Virus record (IMG/VR): IMGVR_UViG_3300020576_002312
Span: 14,187 to 78,186 of that record
Direction: 5' to 3' (one strand)
DNA: 64,000 nt
DNA from: a virus
Taxonomy: Duplodnaviria > Caudoviricetes
Under the pieces are notes generated by a model. That model made no database searches and was not told where the DNA came from. It was given only the letters and a program-made list of their open reading frames with translations. Numbering within the stretch: the stretch's first letter is position 1; the number at the start of each line of letters is the position of its first letter. A program made the position numbers and the translations under genes. Of this stretch, positions 6,592-16,263 are shown piece after piece.

Positions 6592-7419
6592 TTGTATTTA
6601 TACTATCTTTGTGGTGAACGAAACGAAAGGAACATGATTTCATTAAAGGACATTGATTCATCTAAACTATTACTACAAATATGTAGTACCTGTAAGGAGG
6701 AACTTCCTATTGATCTTTTTACTCTTAGAAAAAATAAAAAAGGTGACCATTATGTAGGAACTGTATGTAAAAAATGTACTTCCTTATATAAAAAGCAGTA
6801 TGCACTTAAACATCAAAGTGAAATTAGTGAATATAAGTCATCGTGGTATCTTAGGGAAAGGGATAGGTATCTAATAAAATTTAAGGAGCGATATTCTAAT
6901 AATATAGTAGATGAAAGACAAAAACATAAAATTTATAGAGACTCCCATAAAGAAGAAAGTGCTTTATTGATGAAAGCGTACTATGATGCGAATAAAGATG
7001 AGTTAAAGGAGAAAAATAAAATATATTATGTTGAAAATAAAGAGAGTATTTTAAATCAGAAAAAGGAATATATTCAATCTAATTTAAGTGCACAGATAGG
7101 ACATAATCTTCGAGGTAGAATATGGTCTGCCTTAAAGGGCGGGCATAAGGGGGATCGTCTTTTTGGGTTAATGGGATGTTCATTTGATTTTTTTAAACAA
7201 TATATGGAAAATTTATTTAAAGATAATATGAGCTGGAATAATTATGGAAAAAATGGATGGCACATAGACCATATACGACCATGCGCTTCTTTCAATCTTA
7301 CCGACCCCGAAGAACAAAAGAAATGTTTTCATTATACCAATCTACAACCAATGTGGTCTTCTGAAAATATCTCTAAGGGAAGTCGATATAATGGAATTAT
7401 TCACAGATTAAAAAAATAA
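6592..7419 (+). CDS. HNH homing endonuclease, family copy 1 (likely start MISLK)
   Basis: N-terminal CxxC..CxxC, long helical linker, WHIDHIRPCASF...CFHYTNLQPMW..EN.SKG; TATCTTTG 6604-6611. Confidence 0.85.
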   Translation: MYLYYLCGERNERNMISLKDIDSSKLLLQICSTCKEELPIDLFTLRKNKKGDHYVGTVCKKCTSLYKKQYALKHQSEISEYKSSWYLRERDRYLIKFKERYSNNIVDERQKHKIYRDSHKEESALLMKAYYDANKDELKEKNKIYYVENKESILNQKKEYIQSNLSAQIGHNLRGRIWSALKGGHKGDRLFGLMGCSFDFFKQYMENLFKDNMSWNNYGKNGWHIDHIRPCASFNLTDPEEQKKCFHYTNLQPMWSSENISKGSRYNGIIHRLKK

Positions 7420-7423
7420 TAAA

Positions 7424-8110
7424 ATGGCTATTCTTAATGAATTAAATACATCAAAAATGTCTTTTGATATTCACTCAAAAACACTATATGATGACATCCT
7501 TAAAAAGATTCCAGAATTTGATGTATATAATGGTAAAATAGATGTTATTAAGGTAAGCAGGTACATAATGCTTATGTACGATATGAACTCTCCCATGCGT
7601 TCAGAGAAGCCCGACCTCTTTCAGCGTAAATACACCGTTGCTATGTATGTGGGGATGCCAAAGAGCAAGAGCAAGTTCACGGGAGAGGTAGAGGCTATTA
7701 TCTTAGGGGAGAATATGGAAGTAAATACCATGACGCTTGCCTATATATCTCAGTATGGATTACCTGCTTACACAGCCCTACTCGCATACACAGCATTGCT
7801 ATCCTTTGAAACGATGAAAGTCTTTGGGGGAAAACAAACAAAGGATAGTCCTAAGTTAATTGACTATGCCGAAGAAAGGATAAGACACCTAACGAGAGAA
7901 GTGTTTAAGTCGGGCGATTATGATGAAAATACCCTTCTTAGACAACTTCTTTATGAAAAGATTGATAAAGAAAGACTAAGGCTTAGACCGGAGCAAATAA
8001 TCGCAGATTTAGAAAAGATGGGTGCGCTCGATCCAAGTTTCTGCCCTTATGGTGAGGAGAACGCAGTAAGAACGGCAGTGAATGAAATGTTCTTTATAGG
8101 AGATAAATAA
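7424..8110 (+). CDS. probable terminase small subunit
   Basis: Helical 228-aa ORF directly upstream of terL; call rests on position only. Confidence 0.4.
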   Translation: MAILNELNTSKMSFDIHSKTLYDDILKKIPEFDVYNGKIDVIKVSRYIMLMYDMNSPMRSEKPDLFQRKYTVAMYVGMPKSKSKFTGEVEAIILGENMEVNTMTLAYISQYGLPAYTALLAYTALLSFETMKVFGGKQTKDSPKLIDYAEERIRHLTREVFKSGDYDENTLLRQLLYEKIDKERLRLRPEQIIADLEKMGALDPSFCPYGEENAVRTAVNEMFFIGDK

Positions 8111-8113
8111 CCT

Positions 8114-10471
8114 ATGAAAGTAAGCGAAGATATTCTCAGTCGGTATAAACAAGCAGATACATCATTTTTAATCAATGACCTTGATAAAGACAGGCGAACA
8201 ATCCGCATATCACTACCAGAACCACCACCAATAGAACTGATTGATGGGTATGGAGAATTGCCCGAAAACCAAGTATTCAAAAGGAAAGAGACACCACATA
8301 GACTTAAACTACTTGAAAACGAAATCTTAAAGGAACTTCAAGACCGAAAGAAGGGTAACTATCAAGAGACTATCACGGGCTATAAGTTGATTGAGATGTT
8401 TTGGGAGAGGCTTGAGGAAAGAGCAGGGGAACTTGAAGATGAGATTGAATTTATAAAAAAGTTGTGGTGGTGGAGGACATACGGATACTGGTTCTTTAAT
8501 GATGGGAAGCCCACCTACATAACAGGCAGACATTTCATGTTTCTCACGTTCTTTTACATGCCTGACGTTAAAGATAACAACGGATACCCTGAGTATAGGG
8601 ATAGACACCGTAGAGAGTTCTTATTCAGGGATTATCTACGAAAAACACATCATACCTTTGCGAAACGAGATGAGAAGGGATGGGCTGTGACTAACGATGA
8701 TGGTACGTATGAAATGACCGATATGAGGATGCGGTTGTTCTATGGCGTGGCACACCCAAAGAGTAGGCGTAATGGATCTACAATCATGTCGCTGAGTAAT
8801 ATGGTAGAGGGAGCAGAGACGGGTTTCGGAAAGTACTCTACTATTGTTTCTAAGGACGGTTCATCTACTGAAGAAGCATATAAACTAAAGTTACTCCCCG
8901 CATGGAACGACAGACCTCTTTACATACGACCTATTTGGGATGGCAGTTTTAGACCTGAAACAATAAAGTACATTCCCCCAAAGAATAGTCTTGGCATAGA
9001 ATCGTTGATGAGTATTGTGGACTATACCGAGAGTGCAGGTACATTCAAAAAAGACGGTAATAAACTCAATGGGGATATTACTATAGACGAACCAGGTAAA
9101 ACACAAAATATCAGCGTTTTAGAAAGACATGATGTTTATAAGAACGCAGCAGCACTTGGAGATGGAACGGTAATACTTGGGTTCTTTGATTACATATCCA
9201 CGGTAGAGGAAATCAATGCAGCAGGAACGGCTTTCTTAGATTTACTTGACTTATCGGACTTCTATCAAAGGGGTAGTAACGGGCAGACCTCATCAGGGCT
9301 TGCGGTAATGATGTTTCCTTCTTATGATGGTCAGGAAGGATTCATTGATAAGTTTGGGGCAAGTGTGATACACGAACCCACGGAGAGACAAAAACAACTA
9401 CGTCCCGATGCTCAGTTTGCACTACTCAATCAGGGTGCGTTCCAATATCAGCAAGAGAAAAGAGATGACTTCTTAAAGAAAGGTACTCCCGCAGCAATGC
9501 AGTCTTATAGGGCGTATGTAAAAAAATATCCTTGGTGCTCAAGTGAACTTAGTATAGGCACAAGTGGCGACATAGGTTTCAATTACGAGGTACTTGACAA
9601 ACGTATAGCTGAACTACGAAAACTCAAATCACTAAACAGACAAGAGGTAAAGATAGGTAACTTTTACAGGCAAAAAGATTCTCAGGGACAAGACGACCCC
9701 GATGGCAGGGTATTTTGGAGAACAGAGGATAACGGTAAGTTTGAAATGAGTTATGAGCCACCACCATCCTTAACCAACCTACGGACAAGGACTATGGGTT
9801 ATGATGTGAATAAAGGGAAGGTAGTACCGCAATGGCGACCTGTATATATGACTAAATTTACTTTAGGGGCGGACAGTGTTGAATATGCCACGCAAAGAAA
9901 AGATACAGGCAGTAGTAGTAGGCAGTCAGATCCTGCAATGTGTATTTTAAGGGAACATGATGCCACCCTTAATCAAGGGCAAGACCCTACCGATTGGATT
10001 ACTCCTGACATAGTATTATTTTATAGATACAGACCTGCATCTCTTGGGGAATACATGGAAGACTGTATAATGGCAATGGAGTTTTATGGAGCAGCGATAT
10101 TCCCCGAAAGAAACAAGACACGACTCTTAGAATATGTTGTTGAGCGTGGTCGTATGGGCTACTTCAAATATTTAATAAACCCGATTACAGGAAGACAAGA
10201 GGCAGAACCTGGGTATTGGGCGAGCAACGAAAGTAAGCAAGACGGACTTGGCTATGCAAAGGATTGGATAGAGTTCCATGCTCATAAATGCAAACATCTT
10301 CGTTTACTGGAAGAAATGCGAAACATACAGAGTATAGACCAACTTACAAAATTTGATGGATTAGCATCATTTCTTGCCTGTATGATAGGTTCAAAAAGTC
10401 CATACGGTCAAATTGCAGATCGCCAAAGCACATCAAAGATTGATTTAAGTGGTGTGAATTGGCTGAGATAA
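8114..10471 (+). CDS. terL: terminase large subunit (crAss-like length and motifs)
   Basis: PKSRRNGS Walker A-like, ITIDE Walker B, LGADSV and KFDGL nuclease motifs; 785 aa; upstream of portal. Confidence 0.9.
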   Translation: MKVSEDILSRYKQADTSFLINDLDKDRRTIRISLPEPPPIELIDGYGELPENQVFKRKETPHRLKLLENEILKELQDRKKGNYQETITGYKLIEMFWERLEERAGELEDEIEFIKKLWWWRTYGYWFFNDGKPTYITGRHFMFLTFFYMPDVKDNNGYPEYRDRHRREFLFRDYLRKTHHTFAKRDEKGWAVTNDDGTYEMTDMRMRLFYGVAHPKSRRNGSTIMSLSNMVEGAETGFGKYSTIVSKDGSSTEEAYKLKLLPAWNDRPLYIRPIWDGSFRPETIKYIPPKNSLGIESLMSIVDYTESAGTFKKDGNKLNGDITIDEPGKTQNISVLERHDVYKNAAALGDGTVILGFFDYISTVEEINAAGTAFLDLLDLSDFYQRGSNGQTSSGLAVMMFPSYDGQEGFIDKFGASVIHEPTERQKQLRPDAQFALLNQGAFQYQQEKRDDFLKKGTPAAMQSYRAYVKKYPWCSSELSIGTSGDIGFNYEVLDKRIAELRKLKSLNRQEVKIGNFYRQKDSQGQDDPDGRVFWRTEDNGKFEMSYEPPPSLTNLRTRTMGYDVNKGKVVPQWRPVYMTKFTLGADSVEYATQRKDTGSSSRQSDPAMCILREHDATLNQGQDPTDWITPDIVLFYRYRPASLGEYMEDCIMAMEFYGAAIFPERNKTRLLEYVVERGRMGYFKYLINPITGRQEAEPGYWASNESKQDGLGYAKDWIEFHAHKCKHLRLLEEMRNIQSIDQLTKFDGLASFLACMIGSKSPYGQIADRQSTSKIDLSGVNWLR

Positions 10472-10532
10472 AATAATTTAATATTTATTTGGAATTGTCA
10501 CTTACGTCATTTATCTTTGAAGAAAAAATCCT

Positions 10533-11627
10533 ATGACAATACAAGAGATAGAACCGTATATAATTTATAAAGTAATTGCGGGTAGTAAGGCGTATGGATT
10601 AGACTTACCCACATCCGATACCGATATTAGAGGAATCTTTATGCTCCCTAATGAATATCTTTTAGGGAATATCAAGTGCGAACAAGTTAACGATACCACA
10701 AATGATATTGTATATTATGAACTTAATCGGTTTATTCATTTATTAAAAGAGAATAACCCTAATATTATAGAAAATCTATTTGTTCCATCAGATAAAATTC
10801 TATTTAATAGCCATAAGATGGACATTCTTTATAATGCAAAAGAAAAGTTTCTAACTACTAAATGTCGCAATACATTTGGGGGTTATTCAATATCACAGAT
10901 TAAAAAGGCGAGAGGACTTAATAAAAAGATTGTAAATCCGGTAGATAAAGAGAAGAAAAGTCCAATAGATTTCTGTTATATCTTTGAGAAAGAAGATGGT
11001 TATACCATGCTCGCAAAACAATGGTTAAAAAAACACGGGAAAAAACAAGAGTTTATTGGATTATCTGAATTACCAAACGGAGAACAGATATATAAGGTCT
11101 ATTATGACTTTCTCGCTGAAACTAAAAACGATAATCCCCGCTATGGGAATATCGAAACACATGGATTTAGGGGTATCGTTGCCGATGACGGACATCAGTT
11201 AAGACACAGTGAGATACCTAAAGGGCACATGCTTGAGGGTTTTTTATATTACAATCTTAATGGATATTCTCAGTACTGTAAAGAGTATAAGGAGTATTGG
11301 GATTGGGTTGGTAAAAGAAATCCCATAAGATATAATGATAATGCCAAACACGGGAAAGGGTATGATGGAAAGAATCTTATGCACTGCTTACGTATGCTTG
11401 ATATAGCTATTGAAGTTGCACAAGGGAAAGGGGTTAATTTAGTTAGACCTAATAGAGAGTGGCTTTTAAGTGTAAGGCGTGGCGAAGCATCTTATGAAGA
11501 GATAATGGGATTAATTGAATCAAAGAGGGAGATAATGGATAGTGCTTTTGCCGAATCCACGCTCCCATCCCATGTAGATGAAAAATTTGTTTTTAAACTT
11601 CTAAATGACATGCGAAAAAATAATTAA
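10533..11627 (+). CDS. Pol-beta superfamily nucleotidyltransferase (RlaP/Nuc-transf-like)
   Basis: GSKAYGL...SDTDIRG; KNLMHCLRML; own promoter 10512-10519 and terminator. Confidence 0.85.
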   Translation: MTIQEIEPYIIYKVIAGSKAYGLDLPTSDTDIRGIFMLPNEYLLGNIKCEQVNDTTNDIVYYELNRFIHLLKENNPNIIENLFVPSDKILFNSHKMDILYNAKEKFLTTKCRNTFGGYSISQIKKARGLNKKIVNPVDKEKKSPIDFCYIFEKEDGYTMLAKQWLKKHGKKQEFIGLSELPNGEQIYKVYYDFLAETKNDNPRYGNIETHGFRGIVADDGHQLRHSEIPKGHMLEGFLYYNLNGYSQYCKEYKEYWDWVGKRNPIRYNDNAKHGKGYDGKNLMHCLRMLDIAIEVAQGKGVNLVRPNREWLLSVRRGEASYEEIMGLIESKREIMDSAFAESTLPSHVDEKFVFKLLNDMRKNN

Positions 11628-11631
11628 GATT

Positions 11632-11655
11632 AAACCTCAGAAATGAGGTTTTTTT
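11632..11655 (+). terminator. intrinsic terminator
   Basis: AAACCTCA-gaaa-TGAGGTTT plus T run. Confidence 0.8.
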
Positions 11656-11693
11656 ATTTATGCCTATCTTTGTGAAAATATATCAAGGGCGAT

Positions 11694-14030
11694 ATGATTC
11701 AAAGCAATAAGTACGCAACGGGTGAATTTAATCCACCTTCACGTGAAATTGATCCGTTAAAAAAGAATGATGATTACTTTCGTGCGTGGAGTGAATACAT
11801 CTTCTCTTTATGGTCTAAAAGCGAAACCGCTTGGGGTTACGACCAAATGGATTACTTCACAACCATGCGTCAATATGCTGACGGGAAACAGGACTCGAAT
11901 CAATATCGTCCACACGTGATTCAAGCAACTGATGAGGATGACGACACATCGGTAACATCAATCTTCGACAACAACAACTTCACAAGACAGGCAAAACGTA
12001 CAGGTTACGACAATGTGATATGGCAGAACCTGTCTCCAAGCGTGAAGATCATGTCGAGCCTTCACGGAATGTTAGATAAGTTCGACTTTGACATTTACGC
12101 TGACATGATTGATGCCGACAGTAAAGGGTTGGTGGAGTTCATCAAGTATAAGAAGTTTCACGAGGCAAAGGACTTTAAATTTCAATCAGAATATAAGGCT
12201 AAAGCGGGTATTCCCTTTGACCAAGAGGTTACATTTCCAAAGACCAAAGAAGAACTTGAATCTTTCGAGGCGAGAGAAGGCTTTAAACTGAATATAGCAA
12301 AGAGTATGCAGAAGCTCTTACGCTACTCATTCCATTTAAGTCAGTGGGATAGTAATGTAAGAAAGAAGGTACTTGATGATTTTATCTCAGTAGGCTATGG
12401 AGCAACAAGAGATTATTTCGATAGTGAAGATAACAAGTTCAAAGTAAAATGGAATGATCCCGCAAGAGTAGTTATTCAATTCTCTCATGAGTATGACTAT
12501 AATGATGCTGAGTATGCAGGGTACTTTACCGAGTGGACAATATCTAACATAAGGTCTAAACGACCCGACATCCCCGAAGAAGAACTACTTAAACTTGCTA
12601 AAGCTAATACAGGCAGATGGAACAACCCTAAGAGATGGGCAGATAGATATAGTAAACTCGATGGCAAGACAGGTGCATACGGCTACGATAACTTTGATGT
12701 GTGTGTCTTCGAGGCATTGTTCTTAGATACCGATTTCTATAAGAGAAAATACTACAAAGATCAGTGGGGCAAGGATAGAATAAGAGATACCGCTTATAAT
12801 AAAGAGTTATCCGCAGATAGCATACGCAGAGGTAGTAAGGTTGTTAAGGGCGGAACAAGAAACTGGAAGCAGTGCTTTTGGATTGTCGATACTGACTATG
12901 TGTTCGATTGCGGGTTAGTAACCATGAGTCCACGACCAAACGGGACTAAGCCTAAGTGCCCAATTCACGTAGAACAGTTACTTCAGACATCAATCATTTA
13001 TAGGTTACGTCCGATACTCGATCAGATAGCTATCACATGGCTTAGATTCCAAAACTCTATGGCTAACATGGTAGAGAGGGGCTATGCAGTGAACATGGGT
13101 AAGCTGATGGGGATTGTCCTTAACGGAAAAGAGTTAGATCCCGCAAGTGTAATAAACCTATGGAAGCGTAAAGGTCTATTGCCTTATATGGACTCTATGA
13201 CGGGTCAGTACCAGGGGGGCGCAGCTATCCCCGTGACACCTATTGACGGTGGACTCGGACAGAGGGTAATGGAAACACAGACAGTGTTCGATATGCTCTA
13301 TGCAAAGATTGAGTCCGAGATAGGGCTTAACCCATTATCTTTAGGAAGTACTCCTAATCCTAATGCACCTGTGGCAACATCAGAGGCAGCGTTGAGAGCA
13401 ACATCAAACGTACTTAAACCGATAATGGATTCACTCTTTGAACTTAAAGAGAGTATTGCCGAAAGCATGGCGTTAAGGATTCAGATTGGGTTGAGAGTCA
13501 ATGAAGATATTAGACAAGCATACGCAGGGGTCATCACCCCAACCGATATAAGGGCAATGGTCATGGCAGAGAGTTCATCGGTGCAGTATGGTATTATGCT
13601 CAAATCAAGACCTGACGAACAGCAGAGAGCAGACATCAAGCGTTACATGGAGCTTGGAATACAGGCAGGACTTATTACACCACCCGATGCAATGTACTTC
13701 TCGGAAAGGCTGATCTCAGGTTCAGACTTAATTGAGATACGTCAGGAGATAGCCTACTCAATACAGAAAGAGTACGAAAGAAAGCAGAAAGAACAACAGG
13801 CTAACATCGACAGACAGAATCAAGGCTTGATGGCTATGGAACAGCAGAAAGCACAGAATACACAACAGCAGACCATGATGGACACACAGGTTGACATGGC
13901 GAAGAAGAAAGCCGATATTGACGGGAAAGCATACCTGATGAAACTCGAACAGAATTATAATCTACTTAATCAGACCTTACAGGATATGATGGTAGAGGAT
14001 GGATTAGCACAACCAAACGTACCTAAGTAA
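11694..14030 (+). CDS. portal protein
   Basis: 778 aa between terL and scaffold/MCP; Q-rich coiled C-terminus; TATCTTTG 11665-11672. Confidence 0.85.
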   Translation: MIQSNKYATGEFNPPSREIDPLKKNDDYFRAWSEYIFSLWSKSETAWGYDQMDYFTTMRQYADGKQDSNQYRPHVIQATDEDDDTSVTSIFDNNNFTRQAKRTGYDNVIWQNLSPSVKIMSSLHGMLDKFDFDIYADMIDADSKGLVEFIKYKKFHEAKDFKFQSEYKAKAGIPFDQEVTFPKTKEELESFEAREGFKLNIAKSMQKLLRYSFHLSQWDSNVRKKVLDDFISVGYGATRDYFDSEDNKFKVKWNDPARVVIQFSHEYDYNDAEYAGYFTEWTISNIRSKRPDIPEEELLKLAKANTGRWNNPKRWADRYSKLDGKTGAYGYDNFDVCVFEALFLDTDFYKRKYYKDQWGKDRIRDTAYNKELSADSIRRGSKVVKGGTRNWKQCFWIVDTDYVFDCGLVTMSPRPNGTKPKCPIHVEQLLQTSIIYRLRPILDQIAITWLRFQNSMANMVERGYAVNMGKLMGIVLNGKELDPASVINLWKRKGLLPYMDSMTGQYQGGAAIPVTPIDGGLGQRVMETQTVFDMLYAKIESEIGLNPLSLGSTPNPNAPVATSEAALRATSNVLKPIMDSLFELKESIAESMALRIQIGLRVNEDIRQAYAGVITPTDIRAMVMAESSSVQYGIMLKSRPDEQQRADIKRYMELGIQAGLITPPDAMYFSERLISGSDLIEIRQEIAYSIQKEYERKQKEQQANIDRQNQGLMAMEQQKAQNTQQQTMMDTQVDMAKKKADIDGKAYLMKLEQNYNLLNQTLQDMMVEDGLAQPNVPK

Positions 14031-14047
14031 AAAAATACATATAAGAT

Positions 14048-14335
14048 ATGGCATCAGCTAAAGACAGGTGGGCAATCCTAAATAACATAATCGCTAAAGC
14101 AGGGGGCATAGAAAACGTGAACCTGCATAGTGAACTTGCAAAAAGCGAGGCAGTACTTAACATGCACAAGGCAAATACCGATATGAGTGCCTTGCAGAGT
14201 TCAACTCCCCCACTAAGTTCCACACCAACTCCCCCACAATCGCAAAATTCACTCGGAGATACTGCAAATCCATTGTCAACTCAACCGATGTCTCCTGAGA
14301 TGGGACAAAGTACCAACGGACAACCACCAATGTAA
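14048..14335 (+). CDS. hypothetical protein with a Pro/Ser/Gln-rich tail
   Basis: 95-aa ORF following portal. Confidence 0.65.
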   Translation: MASAKDRWAILNNIIAKAGGIENVNLHSELAKSEAVLNMHKANTDMSALQSSTPPLSSTPTPPQSQNSLGDTANPLSTQPMSPEMGQSTNGQPPM

Positions 14336-14361
14336 AAACAAGCTGTTTTCATTATAAATTC

Positions 14362-14403
14362 TACGATATAGGTACTCACACTACTTATATCGTATTTTTT
14401 TTT
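14362..14403 (+). terminator. intrinsic terminator
   Basis: TACGATATA/TATATCGTA plus T9. Confidence 0.8.
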
Positions 14404-14448
14404 GATGAAATATTTGGAAATGTCAAATGGGTGATTTATCTTTGCTGC

Positions 14449-14637
14449 ATGAAAAAATCAAAACTTAAAAAAGAGAATCAATATTTAAGGGATACAATTA
14501 GTGTTCTCCGTAAAGAAATAGATACTCTCTGTGGAGATGATGAATACGCCAAAAGCGTTATTAAACTTGAAAGGCAGATTAACCAAGACCTTGCTGATGC
14601 GCTATGGTCGGTTGCTTTCTCTCATGGGCGATACTAA
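14449..14637 (+). CDS. small coiled-coil protein, probably leaderless
   Basis: ATG 4 nt after TATCTTTG (14437-14444). Confidence 0.6.
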   Translation: MKKSKLKKENQYLRDTISVLRKEIDTLCGDDEYAKSVIKLERQINQDLADALWSVAFSHGRY

Positions 14638-14670
14638 AGCGATTTAAAAAATAATACTTATCTTTGTTAC

Positions 14671-15060
14671 GTTAAAAGAATAACGTGGCAAGATTCCAAA
14701 GACATAATTCAAAAGTACTGAACCTCGTAGATGGTTGTAGAACTTCCGCTTTCCACGGTATTCTTTTAACCAACCTAATACGGGGTTCTTCTATAACTTA
14801 TCTTGACTCCCTGCTGATTATATCGAGCAAAATTGAAGACGTACTATTTGTAGCAGGGGGAATAAAAATAATCTGTGCAACGTCCGACAGCCTGACGACA
14901 TAGTGGGTAATCTCCTTTAAAGGATAAAACAATCCCCCCCAATTAAACTATTGGATTAAACTAACAAGTAGAGTGCAAAGATGCAAAGTGGGTAAGATTA
15001 CCCTATAAAGGCTCTTATACCCTTGACTGAACGACACCTGAAAATGGGTATCGTTTTTTT
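14671..15060 (+). ncRNA. stand-alone ~390-nt structured RNA of unknown family
   Basis: Own promoter 14659-14666 and terminator ~15028-15060; several long perfect stems; only a weak 72-aa ORF. Confidence 0.65.
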
Positions 15061-15103
15061 TATGTACCTTTGCAAAAGGAAACTTAACGAAAAGAACAGA
15101 AAT

Positions 15104-16228
15104 ATGGCAGGACTTGGAGATATTTTAGGCAAGGGAACGGCAACGCCCCCTGTAGAACCAACAGAACCGACAACACCGGTTACTCCCGCAGGTGAACCAA
15201 CAACACCAACGACACCTCCGGTAGAACCGAAAAAAGATACAACTCATCCACCCGCAACGACAACATCGTGGGTTGATGAGATTAACAAGGCGTACAAAAC
15301 AGAGTTTAAGACTCCCGAAGATTTTGGTAAGTACTTTGAAAGATCAAAGAAGGTCGATGAGTATGAAAGTAAATCTAAGGAGTTTGAGACAAAAGAAAAG
15401 CAGTATAAAGAGCAAGTTGAAACCTTGCAGAGTTCATTGAATCCATTGAGCTATTTTTCAACACCAGAGGCTTACGTAGCCGAGCAGCTAAGAAGGCAAT
15501 ACCCCGATAAGAGTCCTTCTGTATTACAGGAGATTGTAATCAGAGACACAAAAGGAGTAGCCGACATAGAAGTGCTTGTAAAAAACAAACTACTTGAGAC
15601 TCCTGACCTCATAGGCGGGGAAGCGGGAGCGAGAGAATTAGTTTACAGCGAACTTGGTATAGACGGGGACACTTTAGAGACAGAGTGGACAAACCTGACT
15701 AAGAACAAGATCAAAACACAAGCCAAAGATATACGTAAGTCGTGGGATGAACTTAAATCTAAAGTCGAGTTACCGAAGGTACAGACCGCAGAGGAGATTG
15801 CCCTTTCACGGACAAACGCACTTCAAGCAAAACTTGAATCAGCAAAACCCCTGATAGAGCAGTATTCAAAGTTCGATCACTTTACAGAAGAAATTGAAGA
15901 CGGTAAAACATTCGATTTTATAGTGCCGGATGAGTATAAACAATCACTACCTGAAATGATAAAGGCAGCGATTGAGGCAGGGATAGAACCAACCGCAGAG
16001 AACATGGCTGTACTCCATGAGCAGAAAGAGGCTTTACTCCTTCGTAGGAACTTCAAGCAGATATATAAAAGTATCGAGGCTGATGTCGAGACGAGGTTGA
16101 AAGCTGAAGAAGATAAACGAAACGGTAACATTCCACCCGCTAATACTACAAAGGCTACGGAGTCAGAGTTAGAACGTCAGAAATTCAGTAAAGAACATGG
16201 TATTGGAAAATTGCTTGACAAAAAATAA
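15104..16228 (+). CDS. capsid scaffolding protein
   Basis: P/T/E-rich N-terminus, coiled coils, directly before MCP; TACCTTTG 15065-15072 supports ATG 15104. Confidence 0.7.
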   Translation: MAGLGDILGKGTATPPVEPTEPTTPVTPAGEPTTPTTPPVEPKKDTTHPPATTTSWVDEINKAYKTEFKTPEDFGKYFERSKKVDEYESKSKEFETKEKQYKEQVETLQSSLNPLSYFSTPEAYVAEQLRRQYPDKSPSVLQEIVIRDTKGVADIEVLVKNKLLETPDLIGGEAGARELVYSELGIDGDTLETEWTNLTKNKIKTQAKDIRKSWDELKSKVELPKVQTAEEIALSRTNALQAKLESAKPLIEQYSKFDHFTEEIEDGKTFDFIVPDEYKQSLPEMIKAAIEAGIEPTAENMAVLHEQKEALLLRRNFKQIYKSIEADVETRLKAEEDKRNGNIPPANTTKATESELERQKFSKEHGIGKLLDKK

Positions 16229-16263
16229 ATATAATTTGTTAAACAATTTTAATATAAAATAAG

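Noticed and set aside
14685-14903. 72-aa ORF in the portal-scaffold interval
   Set aside because: GTG start buried in a strong stem and no protein-like motif; the RNA structure explains the region better, though the ORF is not formally excluded.
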